DNA of 64,000 nucleotides from a virus. Its lineage: Duplodnaviria > Caudoviricetes. Both the position numbers and the translations under genes were made by a program. The stretch is taken from positions 974 through 64,973 of the IMG/VR virus record IMGVR_UViG_3300018083_000446. One strand, written 5' to 3'. The notes below the pieces were generated by a model. That model was not told where the DNA came from, made no database searches, and saw only the letters and a program-made list of their open reading frames with translations. Numbering within the stretch: position 1 is the first letter of the stretch; the number at the start of each line of letters is the position of its first letter. Shown here one piece after another: positions 1 to 10,093 of the stretch.

Positions 1-1775
1 CCGGAGTCTATACGTATGGCGGTGAATACGCCTGGAGGCGCAACGGGCGAATCGTCGGTGGTGAGCCCCCACCATTTCTTGAGTGCTAGAACTTCACCCG
101 CAGTGGCCGTAATGTCAGTGCCAACTTCAGTGACTGCGTTCCACGTAGCCAATGAAGTGTAGACTGATCCACCCCACAACCAGCTGTAGTTGGCAGCTGC
201 GCTATACCATTTGTTGGCGTTCCACGATACACCTTTACCTGGTATGAGGCTGTTACCCCATACGTGGTGCGGGTTGTTGGCGGTCGCTATCTTGTCGCTG
301 ACGTTGTCGTGTATCTGGTGTTGGCCTACGCCGAATATGATATCACCACGCACGTCACTGTCGTCAGTGACCTGCCACACACGACCATAGCCTGAATCAG
401 CCCCATTACCAGAGCCGACTACGAGGTTCCTAGCTGTTTCACAATCGTACGCACTGGACAGATGGATTGTTGGACCACCGTCTTCAGTGCCACCGTTATA
501 GAAACAACTATCAAAGATGTCGATTGCGCGGCTTATTTCAGGCCATGCAGCCGTACCAGCGCAGTTGCCAATCTTATTCCAGTTGGCTACAGCCCTGTCG
601 CAGTGAATGTCCCACCACAGGCCACCACCACCGGTAGTCCCACGGCTGACGTTGTAGCGTACGATACCGTCAGTGCTAAGGACTACCTTATAGATGCCAC
701 CAGACTCACGCCATTCGTAGTACAGATGGCCGTTGTTGACCCACGTATTGTTCTCGAAGCGATATCCTGCAGCGTTGAGCATGGTAAGGCCGTTGACACC
801 ATGCTCGCGTATCAAACACTTTTCTACTACGCTACCTGTATTGGCGGCGTTGAATGTGGGCCAGCCGAAGCTGATACCTACACCATGCGTGAAGGCGATT
901 TGACAGTTACGAAGTTCAAACCCAGCACGATCATTATTGCCGATCGGGTTGCCAAACGGCCCTGACCCGGCATCCATGAACGTGATGCCCTCGAACTTCA
1001 CGTTGTCAGCGTTCGTGAACCACCAGTCGGTTTGTTCACACACGTGGACACGATCGAAGCGAGTCGCTGGGTTAGTACCGCCTAGACGTATGCGTTTGTC
1101 GGCTCCACCTTCCCAACAGTATTCATCCGCCGCTAGAGTGGTAGTACCAGCTGCTTTGGCCTTGAACCGTGTAGGTACGCCGTTCTTCCAGCCCGTAACG
1201 TTGTTGAAGTTCTGTGCGGCGTTGGAATCGACTTCGGTAAACCCAGACTCAGAGATATCAGGGGCTGTACGAGTCGACCGCCAATACGAACCTACAGACG
1301 TCCACGCAGCGTTGACGCCTGTGTCGTTGTAGTTCCTAGCACCTGAAATAATAACGTCACGATTCTGAGCGCGTATCGTTATGGCTTTGGAGTTGTTATT
1401 TAGTACTGCCCCGTTGAGGTAGTAGGTTCCAGGTGTAGGGTCGATAATGGAACCTGGAGGCGCCCCGTTGATGAGGTCCTGCAGGGCTGTAGCAGAGCCG
1501 TTAGTGGGGAATGTGAACCGTGGGAGGATCGAAGCTTGGCCTGCGACAGCGAACTTCGATCCTACGATCTTACCACGATAGCGATAGTCGTAGAAGGCTG
1601 TTGGAACGAACCCCGTTTCAGGCGTGTCGATGAAGTACGGGTACGGCATCGTCTCGATGATGGTCCACGTACCAGCGCCTTGTGGTGAACGTTCGAGTTC
1701 GTACATGGTGGCACCAGCCACCAGGTCGCCTTGCGCTTCGACGTACCCTAGACCTGATTTGAGGGTTAGCGCCAT
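1..1775 (-). CDS. Parallel beta-helix (pectin-lyase-like) virion protein, putative depolymerase/receptor-binding protein; 3' end beyond window
   Basis: Absent from the ORF track because it has no stop in the window. ATG at 1775, 2 nt after the TMP stop; I read the frame as open to base 1 (MALTLKSGLG...PGTYYLNGAVL...NVKFEGITF...GGGLWWDIHC...FTAIRIDSG). Asn/Gly-rich beta-helix-type rungs and a GLWxD motif. Confidence 0.75.
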   Translation of the reverse strand, partial: MALTLKSGLGYVEAQGDLVAGATMYELERSPQGAGTWTIIETMPYPYFIDTPETGFVPTAFYDYRYRGKIVGSKFAVAGQASILPRFTFPTNGSATALQDLINGAPPGSIIDPTPGTYYLNGAVLNNNSKAITIRAQNRDVIISGARNYNDTGVNAAWTSVGSYWRSTRTAPDISESGFTEVDSNAAQNFNNVTGWKNGVPTRFKAKAAGTTTLAADEYCWEGGADKRIRLGGTNPATRFDRVHVCEQTDWWFTNADNVKFEGITFMDAGSGPFGNPIGNNDRAGFELRNCQIAFTHGVGISFGWPTFNAANTGSVVEKCLIREHGVNGLTMLNAAGYRFENNTWVNNGHLYYEWRESGGIYKVVLSTDGIVRYNVSRGTTGGGGLWWDIHCDRAVANWNKIGNCAGTAAWPEISRAIDIFDSCFYNGGTEDGGPTIHLSSAYDCETARNLVVGSGNGADSGYGRVWQVTDDSDVRGDIIFGVGQHQIHDNVSDKIATANNPHHVWGNSLIPGKGVSWNANKWYSAAANYSWLWGGSVYTSLATWNAVTEVGTDITATAGEVLALKKWWGLTTDDSPVAPPGVFTAIRIDS

Positions 1776-1777
1776 GC

Positions 1778-4700
1778 CTAGCCTCTCGCCATAGCAATCA
1801 TAGCACGCATATCCATTTCGACATCTGCTGGTGATTCATAGCTGGAGTAGCTAGCGTTGAGGTTCAGGTTGTACGTATCGCCTGGCATGGGTTGTTGGCG
1901 TGACATCTGGGCTAGCATCTTGGCAGCGCTAGTGTGCAAACCAGTGATGTATTCACCACCATGCACGACCGCTACCATTGGCTTACCCCACGGCCCAGGA
2001 ACCATACCACCCTTCTGGAACTCAGGTAGGTCAGCACCCAACCCTCGAGTCGGGCTAGGCAACACAGGAGCCTCGTATTCAGCTCGTTCGCGCTCTTCGC
2101 GTAGTCGCTTCAAAGCACCGATGGCGTTGTTCACAGAGTCGGTGAATGCTTCGGCGGACCTACGCATAGCAGCGAAGTTGCCACTCAGGATTTCCTGAAT
2201 GTTGTCCACCAACGGGCGCATTTGTTCGCCACCCTTCTTGAGGACGTCCGCGGCTTTCTGGGCGAACTCTTTCTCGAGGATGTCGATCTTGCGCATCGTG
2301 TTCTCGTGGAGGTCCTGGATTTCACGTTCGCCTTGTTCACGTATCTTACGCTGCTTTTCGTCCATCGCTTCGTTGATGGATTGGATACGCTTGTCGCGTT
2401 CCTTTTCAGCGCGCGCGATCGAACGCGCTAGACCTTCATCTTCGAGCTTGTCGTTGAAGTCCTGAGTCTCTTGTTCTAGTTGGCGCTCGAAATCGTTGTT
2501 CTCTTGCTCGAGCTGTCGTTCGAATGCAGCGTCTTCTGCTTGGCGCGCACGTCGAGCAGCGCGTTGATCGTTCTCTTCTTTGATCTTGGCTTCTAGAGCA
2601 GCTTTGTCCAGCTCGAAGTCACGTGCTATGTCTTGCTGTTTGTTGACGAACTCGCGTTCGATATCAGCACGACGATCGTCGTAACGCTCTCGAGCAGCAG
2701 CGCGTTGCTTGTCGTCCGTCGCATCCGCCAGCGAGTCTTCGAGGTCGACCTTCGCTGCGTTGAGGTCGCGTGTACGTTTGAGTTCGTTATCGGACAGAGC
2801 CTTGGAATGATCTGCTTCCAGTTCGGCCTTGCTCTTGATAGCGTCTTTGGCTGCGTCTTCGTCTTCCTGTTGTTCCTTGCGACGACGCTTCTTTTCGTCT
2901 TGTGCATCTTTCTGTTGTTGGCGTCGTGCATCCTGGCTATCACTCAAGCCGCTACGCAACCCACGTTCCTCACGCGCACGCGCGAGGTTGTCGAGCATAT
3001 CCTGGATACGTTCGTTCGTATCCTCGATCACGTCAGCGATAGACTTAGCAGCTTCGATAATCGTTTCGTTTATCTTGCGGCCAACTTCTTCGCCTATGTC
3101 AGTCATCTTGGCCTGCATGTCCGAACCAAGCTGATCAACCTGGGCGATGATGCTATACATCTCACCGACGAGATCGTCAACAAGGCTGGCCGCGGTCCCA
3201 CGTATCGGACGCTTTGCAGCTTCCAATCGTGCAACGACTGCGTACTCGAGATCGGCTACGATATCGGTGGCGGCTTCGACTACATCGTAGGAATTCTCTT
3301 CTATGCCTTGTTCGAAGCCTGTGGTAACGTCCTCGCCCAGGTCCTCGAACTTCTTGGACGGTGATCGAGCGTCCAACGCTGCCCTAGCGGAATTGAGAAC
3401 ACCTTGCGCTAGTGCGGTTGCTGCACGACCTACTTCAGCGATGCCGTTCGTGATAGCCCCGGTCAAGCCTTGAACCACGGCTCGACCTGCTTCTGTACCA
3501 GCCACCAATAGCTGGCCGGCTAAGCCTTGAATGATGGCCACGACCTGACCGACCCACGTAGTTACAGCACCAACCGCGGTTGCCAGCGCTCCGCTAATGG
3601 CTGTGACAACGCCATTCCACGCGTCTGTTACGGTGGACAGGATCGTTGACAGAGCTCCCGAAATAGTGGACGTGATGGTATTCCAGCCGCTGGTTATCGA
3701 AGAGTCCAACGCGGTCATGGCTTCTTGGACTGCAGTACGCATAGCCAACCAAGTGCCTTGGGTCTTCGACAGTAGCATCTCCCAAGCTTGGCCGATCACC
3801 TGGCCCATTGCTACTATACCAGATTGGACTATGCGTATTTCAGTACCCAGCTCGCTGAAGAACCCACCTATCCCAGCAACAGCTGCAGCAGTCTTACCTT
3901 GGATATCACCCCAGTTGTTTGACCACGCCGCTGTCAACAGCGCTACCACAGCTATGATTGCTATGATGGCGATAGTCAACGGACCGCCCAACACAGCTAC
4001 AATAGCCGTAATAACGCCGATGGAGGTTACGATGATACCCGTCAAAGCAGTGAGCGCAGCCCCGATGCTAGTCAGGACTCCAGCGATAACCCCGGCCACT
4101 TGCCACAGAGCAAACGCAGCGATAACCGCCAATACGGCTTCTTTGTGTTCCCACAAGAACTTCGTTAGGCCAATCACGGCGTTTATCAAAGGGGTGATAA
4201 TGGTCAACACGTGCTGACCGGCTTCCCCAAAGTGGCTTGTGGCTTTGGCGGCTGATTCGGCTGCGGCTGTGTAGTTGCCTTGCAGAATGAACTGCAACGA
4301 TTCAACTATGCCGCTAACAGCTATCAAGGCCTGGGTTACTAGCTCACCCGCTACCCCAGCTTCAGCGGCCCATGGAGCCCATGCCTCTCCTAGTTCAGAC
4401 AGCTTCTTCCCGATAGCATCTAGGATTTCACCGATAGTGGGAAGCTTGACACCCGCCTTATCGAGATGGTCTATGAGCTTCAGGATGCCAGTGGTTATCA
4501 ACCCAACCGCCAACAAGAACCCGCCCATGGACAATACAGCGCTGGCTATGGCCGCTACGATATTGCCAGCGATGATAGCCCCCAGACCTAGAGCAATATT
4601 CTTGAACAACTCCATGGCTGGTTCTGCCAGTCCGAACGCGTCAACGAACTCTCGGACCTGTTGTATGGCGTTGGCGAACGCGTCGAGCATGGACTTGCCG

Positions 4701-5938
4701 AAGTCTACGACTTGTTGGCTCAGCGCAGTGAAGTCAGCTTCCTTTAGGCCCTGCAAGAACGTCACTAGGTCATGCGCAGGCTGGGCTAGCGCATCGACGA
4801 ACGTCTTACCAAACGCGTAGGCCAGCACCTGGACGTTGTTCCAAGCGATACCCATCTGCGCGTTCAACGGCTTGAGGAGCTGGTCTACGAGTTGGGTGAC
4901 CTGCAGACGCTCAAACGATCCGCGCAATTCGTCGATCTGATCCTGGGTGGCATTCGCCAAAATGAGGAACGCAGCACCAGTACGTTGGAGGCCCAAGGTT
5001 GATATGGCTTGCAGGCGTTGTTCTTCAGTCAGTTTGCCAGCTGCTACGGCTTCATCGCTGAATGCGTTGTGCAGCTGTTGCATGACCTCGTCCATACCAC
5101 GAGCATTGCCCGCGGAATCGAACAACGAAATGCCGTACTCGTCCATTACCTTTTGCGCGTCCTTGGATGGCCTGACCAAACGTTGAATCACACCACGCAA
5201 GGACGTCGCAGCCACGGAACCCGTGACACCGTTCTTACCTAGCAAAGCAGTAGCCAATGCCAGGTCTTCAATCGTGAACCCTGCAGCCTTGAATGCAGGC
5301 GCTGAATATTGTACAGCCGTGCCAAAGTCGGTGAATGTTAGAGCTGAGTTCTGTGCTACGACTGTAGCGGCTGTAGTAACGCGATCAATCTCTTCGACGC
5401 CGATACCAAAGGCGTTCATCGCAGTAGCGGTGAGTTTGGCAGCCGCTGCCAAACCAATCTCACCACCAGATGCAATGGTCAAGTCCTGGACAGCCTTTAG
5501 CGCACCACCCATGACGTCCGAAATGGGTACACCAGCACGAGCTAGTTCAGTAGCCGCCTTACTAAGGTCGGTCATACCTAACGTACCCACTCGAGCGAGG
5601 CTGGTGATAGACCCTTCGAGAGCGTCCATCTGTTCATCAGTCGATCCGGTTAGAGCTTGGGTCAACGCCATGCTCTGTTCGAAGTCAGCTGCGAACTTTA
5701 TGGAAGCAGCGCCGGCTAGCGCGACTGCACCGCCTACCACGACAGCAGCAGTCGTGACAGCACTGGCCATGCCAGTGAATGCGGATGCAGCCGCGCCAGC
5801 GGCCCCCCCGGACTCCGTCTCCATCCGGCGCGCGACACGCTGGATGGATAGGAGTCGACTTTCTACAACCGCAGCATCGCGGTTGAACACCGCCATGCCT
5901 GCGATAACTGCGGTTACACCAACTGGTGGGAACGTCAC
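1778..5938 (-). CDS. Tail tape measure protein (TP901-type core)
   Basis: 1386 aa; FAADFEQSM...LGKNGVTGSVAATSLRGVIQRL...PSKDAQKVM core, Trp-periodic repeats, LDARSPSKKF motif, coiled coil, C-terminal FQKGGMVPG..AVVHGGEYI. Confidence 0.95.
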   Translation of the reverse strand: MTFPPVGVTAVIAGMAVFNRDAAVVESRLLSIQRVARRMETESGGAAGAAASAFTGMASAVTTAAVVVGGAVALAGAASIKFAADFEQSMALTQALTGSTDEQMDALEGSITSLARVGTLGMTDLSKAATELARAGVPISDVMGGALKAVQDLTIASGGEIGLAAAAKLTATAMNAFGIGVEEIDRVTTAATVVAQNSALTFTDFGTAVQYSAPAFKAAGFTIEDLALATALLGKNGVTGSVAATSLRGVIQRLVRPSKDAQKVMDEYGISLFDSAGNARGMDEVMQQLHNAFSDEAVAAGKLTEEQRLQAISTLGLQRTGAAFLILANATQDQIDELRGSFERLQVTQLVDQLLKPLNAQMGIAWNNVQVLAYAFGKTFVDALAQPAHDLVTFLQGLKEADFTALSQQVVDFGKSMLDAFANAIQQVREFVDAFGLAEPAMELFKNIALGLGAIIAGNIVAAIASAVLSMGGFLLAVGLITTGILKLIDHLDKAGVKLPTIGEILDAIGKKLSELGEAWAPWAAEAGVAGELVTQALIAVSGIVESLQFILQGNYTAAAESAAKATSHFGEAGQHVLTIITPLINAVIGLTKFLWEHKEAVLAVIAAFALWQVAGVIAGVLTSIGAALTALTGIIVTSIGVITAIVAVLGGPLTIAIIAIIAVVALLTAAWSNNWGDIQGKTAAAVAGIGGFFSELGTEIRIVQSGIVAMGQVIGQAWEMLLSKTQGTWLAMRTAVQEAMTALDSSITSGWNTITSTISGALSTILSTVTDAWNGVVTAISGALATAVGAVTTWVGQVVAIIQGLAGQLLVAGTEAGRAVVQGLTGAITNGIAEVGRAATALAQGVLNSARAALDARSPSKKFEDLGEDVTTGFEQGIEENSYDVVEAATDIVADLEYAVVARLEAAKRPIRGTAASLVDDLVGEMYSIIAQVDQLGSDMQAKMTDIGEEVGRKINETIIEAAKSIADVIEDTNERIQDMLDNLARAREERGLRSGLSDSQDARRQQQKDAQDEKKRRRKEQQEDEDAAKDAIKSKAELEADHSKALSDNELKRTRDLNAAKVDLEDSLADATDDKQRAAARERYDDRRADIEREFVNKQQDIARDFELDKAALEAKIKEENDQRAARRARQAEDAAFERQLEQENNDFERQLEQETQDFNDKLEDEGLARSIARAEKERDKRIQSINEAMDEKQRKIREQGEREIQDLHENTMRKIDILEKEFAQKAADVLKKGGEQMRPLVDNIQEILSGNFAAMRRSAEAFTDSVNNAIGALKRLREERERAEYEAPVLPSPTRGLGADLPEFQKGGMVPGPWGKPMVAVVHGGEYITGLHTSAAKMLAQMSRQQPMPGDTYNLNLNASYSSYESPADVEMDMRAMIAMARG

Positions 5939-6228
5939 CCGCGCCTACCCTTCCGCTTGTTCGATTCGGATTTAGACTTCCTATCGACAGCGTCTGCCAC
6001 GTGCGCCTCTATCGAAAGGTGAGTGCGGTAGTGCGCCACAGCGTTGGCGCGATCAAACCAGGTCAACTTCTCCGTCCAGTCCGTCCACGGGCAGTGCACG
6101 TACTGGGCTGCTTCCCTGGCTTCGAACTCCGGCACCGTCTCCAGCACTCGTTCCATCGCCAAGCCTACGTTGAGCTTCGATGGAAGTTGGTACTCGTGGA
6201 GCGGTATCCCGTTCCTGGTTACCCCGAA
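5935..6228 (-). CDS. Tail assembly chaperone second reading frame (T part), probably reached by +1 frameshift
   Basis: The frame of the 75-aa ORF is open upstream to TTC at 6228, with an in-frame TAG 7 codons further up; lies between the chaperone gene and TMP. Confidence 0.7.
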   Translation of the reverse strand, partial: FGVTRNGIPLHEYQLPSKLNVGLAMERVLETVPEFEAREAAQYVHCPWTDWTEKLTWFDRANAVAHYRTHLSIEAHVADAVDRKSKSESNKRKGRRG

Positions 6229-6751
6229 AGGAAGCCTGGGCGGCCACTACGTCTACCTCCAGCGTACTGCCGGTGAAGCGTAGGATTTCGCTCAACAACC
6301 TTCCTTGGTCTTCCTCGGGTAGCGCGTACAACTTTAGCCACTCCACGTAGCGTCGCACCCCTGTTGTAGGAATGTCGATGTCGTCGTAGACTGCTGTGAT
6401 ATCGTCAGACCACACAGTGGATTCGGGTGGTTCTAGGCCACGAGGGAGTTTGTGTACTGAAGTCCCCAGACCGTAGTACACCTTAGCGGCGAGCATTCCC
6501 CTATCGTAGTCGAAGTGCTGCAACTCGATTACGTAGTTAGGATCGTTGGGGTTTTCCTCTTCACGGCCCTTCTCGTCGATGAAGACCTTAGGCGGGCGTG
6601 GCGGTACCAGCTTCCTATTGGCTTCAGCCAAGATCATAGCTGATACACGCTTCATTTTCAGTTCGAGGCCGTTTGCAGCCTTGAAGATTGATGGATCGGT
6701 CTGCGATCCCAGACCGTCTAGCACTTCGTTCGCGGCAGCGTCGTTGTTCAT
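6053..6751 (-). CDS. Tail assembly chaperone (G part)
   Basis: 232 aa acidic protein between the tail protein and TMP; RBS GAGAGGA; contains the TCC TTT CGG site. Confidence 0.7.
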   Translation of the reverse strand: MNNDAAANEVLDGLGSQTDPSIFKAANGLELKMKRVSAMILAEANRKLVPPRPPKVFIDEKGREEENPNDPNYVIELQHFDYDRGMLAAKVYYGLGTSVHKLPRGLEPPESTVWSDDITAVYDDIDIPTTGVRRYVEWLKLYALPEEDQGRLLSEILRFTGSTLEVDVVAAQASFRGNQERDTAPRVPTSIEAQRRLGDGTSAGDGAGVRSQGSSPVRALPVDGLDGEVDLV

Positions 6752-6776
6752 TTAGTCCTCTCTCTAAGCGGGGGGT

Positions 6777-6820
6777 GGTGGCCAGGGCCGGCTCACGAGT
6801 TCGCTACCTGGCCACCTTTT
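6777..6820 (+). terminator. Hairpin GGTGGCCAGG-N20-CCTGGCCACC followed by TTTT; may terminate plus-strand (antisense) transcription
   Basis: 10-bp perfect stem 6777-6786/6807-6816; the T-run belongs to the adjacent palindrome. Confidence 0.35.
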
Positions 6821-6835
6821 CCATTTGGAAAAGCT
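6814..6835. repeat. 22-bp palindromic motif copy 1 (ACCTTTTCCATTTGGAAAAGCT)
   Basis: One of 7 near-identical copies; overlaps the stop codon of the 6835-7056 gene. Confidence 0.95.
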
Positions 6836-7056
6836 TACTTCTTCGCAGCATCCTCCTTTCCGGGTACGAATGGGATCAGGTCGGGAGACTCCCTTTGAAG
6901 TGAGAGCTCTTCGCGGTCAGCCTTGACTTCGACGTTCTTGTAGCCGCGATCGACGAGCGCCTGCGCCATGCGCTGGGCGTTCTCAGCGAAGACAGCCTCT
7001 TCGCGTGCTTGGTCGTAGTTGTCTGGGTAATCAGCCTTGACAGTTGCTGTAGGCAT
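6835..7056 (-). CDS. Small hypothetical tail-module protein (73 aa)
   Basis: ATG at 7056 immediately after the tail protein stop; MPTATVKADYPD... Confidence 0.65.
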   Translation of the reverse strand: MPTATVKADYPDNYDQAREEAVFAENAQRMAQALVDRGYKNVEVKADREELSLQRESPDLIPFVPGKEDAAKK

Positions 7057-7057
7057 G

Positions 7058-8560
7058 TTACGACCCCTTGATGAGGATGCCGTCAGCGCCACCAGTCGCC
7101 AGACCAGCACCGTAGACGACGTTGACATCGGCTGAGCTAGACGCCAGCGCGTTGATACGCACGTTGGCTGGAATGACACCAACCGACTCAGGCGCCACGT
7201 ACCACGAGTTACCACCGGAAATGGAGCGTAGGATGCGACCACCACCTGTAGCACCATCGTGAGCCATGTAGCCTACCTGGCGTGCAGGGAACTGAATGTC
7301 ACGAACAGCGCCCGTGCCATTCCCGGGGAACGCCTTCTCGAACCACGACGCACCCGAGTCACGCGTGTAGTACAAGCGCCCGCCAGCGGACCCGACCCAC
7401 CACTCGGCAGGTCCCCTCATACAAACTGCGCTTAGTGACACACCGGGTGCAGGTCCGCCCGCAGGAGCCGCCGCCCATGTTCCGCCGCCGTTTGTGGTAT
7501 ACAGCACGATGTTACCATCGCCGACTGCTACCACGTTCTGAGCGTCAGAGCCGTGGATGGCGTTGAGGTTCTGGACGGTGAGCGAACCGGCTTCCTGGAC
7601 GTTCACGCTGGAGGCGATGTCGGAGGTGAAGTAGATGTATCCACCTTCTCCAACGATCCAGTTTAGCGTGGAGCCCAAGCTGAACCCGTCACGCGGGCCC
7701 TTGGTTGCGACGAACCCGTTGGACATCTGCGTCCAGGTCCCGGTGCCAGCCAAAAGAGACGCCATCGACAGGTAGTGGATGGAATCGCTATCGTCTGACA
7801 GGACCACCAAGAACGTGCCTGAGCCCATGATGCGTCGTGCGCCTTGCGTGGCACCCAACGACGCAATGGTGGACTCGATCCACGTCTGGCCACCATTGCG
7901 AGTGGCAACGATCTGAGCGTTCGCACCAGGTGAACCAGCTGCGTAGTTCTCCAGGACGAACACCTTGTTCGTGCCATCGGACGGAAGGCCGCACACGCCA
8001 CAGTTGACCGCGTCAACGATGGCAACGTCCATGGCCTCGCGCGTGAGCTGTACGTCAGCTTGGCGAGCGAGGCCGATACGGAAGATCTCGTACGCTGCCT
8101 CACCGGTCATAGGCAAGGATTCGTTGACGAGACCGCGCTCGTCAGCGTCCAGCGCGCCAAGGTCCTCGGTTGAGTAGCTGGTAGGACGTGCAGCCTCGAG
8201 CGCGAGAATCTTCGTCCAGCCGCCGTTGAAGTCCTTCGGGTCCTGGCAGTTACCGAAATGGACCTGTACGTCGTTGTCACAACCACGTAGGGCCAACTTG
8301 AGCATCAAGGACTTCTGGTCCAACAGGAACCGTGCAGTCATCTCGAGCTCAGGGTTACCTGGCGCACCGATGATCTTGCCAATGGGGACGAAGGAGTCGT
8401 ACTGCCCGTCGGACGGGATACGCACGACGGTAACGTCGCCCTGGTCGAACGTGAAGGCACCAGCCTTCCACAGGCCTTGGTATTGGGGTGGCGTCTCGGG
8501 CCCGGCTCGCTGCTCAAGCAAGAATACCCGAGAATAACCAGTACGTACTGGTTCAGGCAT
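7058..8560 (-). CDS. Putative major tail protein with C-terminal BNR/Asp-box (Ycf48-like) beta-propeller
   Basis: Position upstream of chaperone and TMP; Asp-box-like repeats TRNGGQTW, TTNGGGTW, TRDSGASW, SISGGNSW. Confidence 0.7.
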   Translation of the reverse strand: MPEPVRTGYSRVFLLEQRAGPETPPQYQGLWKAGAFTFDQGDVTVVRIPSDGQYDSFVPIGKIIGAPGNPELEMTARFLLDQKSLMLKLALRGCDNDVQVHFGNCQDPKDFNGGWTKILALEAARPTSYSTEDLGALDADERGLVNESLPMTGEAAYEIFRIGLARQADVQLTREAMDVAIVDAVNCGVCGLPSDGTNKVFVLENYAAGSPGANAQIVATRNGGQTWIESTIASLGATQGARRIMGSGTFLVVLSDDSDSIHYLSMASLLAGTGTWTQMSNGFVATKGPRDGFSLGSTLNWIVGEGGYIYFTSDIASSVNVQEAGSLTVQNLNAIHGSDAQNVVAVGDGNIVLYTTNGGGTWAAAPAGGPAPGVSLSAVCMRGPAEWWVGSAGGRLYYTRDSGASWFEKAFPGNGTGAVRDIQFPARQVGYMAHDGATGGGRILRSISGGNSWYVAPESVGVIPANVRINALASSSADVNVVYGAGLATGGADGILIKGS

Positions 8561-8849
8561 TGCCGTTCTCCTCGTATAGAGTGATGATCGTTTCAGCGTC
8601 TACGCGGAGCGCAGCCATAAGGGCAGCGTGAATTTCAGGCCGGCGGGCCCTGGCATCCCCACGTCGAATGATCCCTCGATTGAACAGTTCGTTCTGTAAG
8701 CGCGTAGTGACCTCCTCGCTCAACCCAAGGCTAGAGATGTCGGGAGGCCCTAGCAGGATACCCTGCCCCCAAGACTTTTCAGGTGCGCCGTCAGGGACGT
8801 GGACTAGGGACTTACGACCCACTCCATCGACGTGCGTAACAGTCATCAT
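8553..8849 (-). CDS. Hypothetical neck/tail-module protein
   Basis: 98 aa, overlaps both neighbouring genes. Confidence 0.7.
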   Translation of the reverse strand: MMTVTHVDGVGRKSLVHVPDGAPEKSWGQGILLGPPDISSLGLSEEVTTRLQNELFNRGIIRRGDARARRPEIHAALMAALRVDAETIITLYEENGNA

Positions 8850-10093
8850 GCTCCTACGGAATCCCCCAATGCTTCGTTTCGTATCATTCGCCAGGCGTGC
8901 ATTGCACCGCGTGTGGTGCCCAATGGATTGTCTAACATCCTTTCAGTCACCCGATAGGATGTTCCGCCTGCTGCACTGGCGGAAGACTCCGACATATCCA
9001 CACGCCAATAGTTCGAGATGTTCTCGATGTTCCTGCAGCCACAGAATGGCCGTTCCAGGATCGACGCTGCGAACACAGCGATGGCACGCTCCCAACGAGG
9101 GTCCATCTCGTGTGATGGTCGCTTACGCGTCTGATCTCGATAGCCGGCTCGATACCAGAATCTACCGCGATCGGGTTGGCGCGCTTGAGCATACGACGTG
9201 TATTCATAGGAACCAGTCACCCCGTTCCACATAGCTGGTTGGCCGCTAATCAACCCCAGGCGATAGTCGCGTACGACTGAACACCCGAATTGAGCACCCA
9301 ACCAGCACGTGGGGCACGCTTCAGTACCGCACCCACACGAACCCCATTGGTTCTCCCACAAGAATTGTATCTGTTGACTGGGGTCGATGAACACTCGATA
9401 CACGTCTACCGCGCTAACGAAGTTGGCGTTGTCAGAGCCGTCGATAGCACGTGTGGAATCCAAACGGTCCATCAAGGCTGGTATTACGAGCTGTTCACGG
9501 CGTGCTGTAATTGTAGCGAACCCGCTAGTGAACGTCACTGTTATCGGGCGGATTTCCCATTCGGGTTCACCGCCTTCGCCAGCGAAATATACACAGATTT
9601 CATCCGCATTTAGGAGTTGTGTTGCTACGGTGATGGTAGCGGTTTCGGGGTATCCATCAGCGTCTTCGTCCGTGTACACCACAGGAGCACTGAGTGTTAG
9701 AACGGTCTTGCCTTCGATGCCGCCTGACACCACATGGCCGTAGTCTAGTTTCACGGCCACTCCCAAACCATTGGGGGTGAACATACGTACACGGCTGAAA
9801 TCCCGCGTTGAAGGACGAACGATGTTGTGTCGTTCGTCCTTCTCAAACGTGGGCAGTGGCTTGAACCCCAACCATTGCGTTATGCGTGTTTCGGCTTCCG
9901 CGATTGCAGCGGCAATAGACTCACGCGAAACACCGTCTGTCACTTGCCAATCGTGTTGCATCAACGGTTGGCCGCATGTCGTGGTAGGTGCGAGGGTTTC
10001 GTGGTAAACCCCGTTGAAGTGTAGCGGGTGCGCGCCCATGATGCGCGCAAACCGATCTAACGACAACAGGGTTCTAGCGTCGGCGCGGGCCAT
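8846..10093 (-). CDS. Putative head-tail adaptor/neck protein
   Basis: Likely start MARADARTLL at 10093; gp6/gp15-like pattern (AIAEAETRITQWLGF...FWYRAGY...WERAIAVFAA). Confidence 0.6.
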   Translation of the reverse strand: MARADARTLLSLDRFARIMGAHPLHFNGVYHETLAPTTTCGQPLMQHDWQVTDGVSRESIAAAIAEAETRITQWLGFKPLPTFEKDERHNIVRPSTRDFSRVRMFTPNGLGVAVKLDYGHVVSGGIEGKTVLTLSAPVVYTDEDADGYPETATITVATQLLNADEICVYFAGEGGEPEWEIRPITVTFTSGFATITARREQLVIPALMDRLDSTRAIDGSDNANFVSAVDVYRVFIDPSQQIQFLWENQWGSCGCGTEACPTCWLGAQFGCSVVRDYRLGLISGQPAMWNGVTGSYEYTSYAQARQPDRGRFWYRAGYRDQTRKRPSHEMDPRWERAIAVFAASILERPFCGCRNIENISNYWRVDMSESSASAAGGTSYRVTERMLDNPLGTTRGAMHAWRMIRNEALGDSVGA

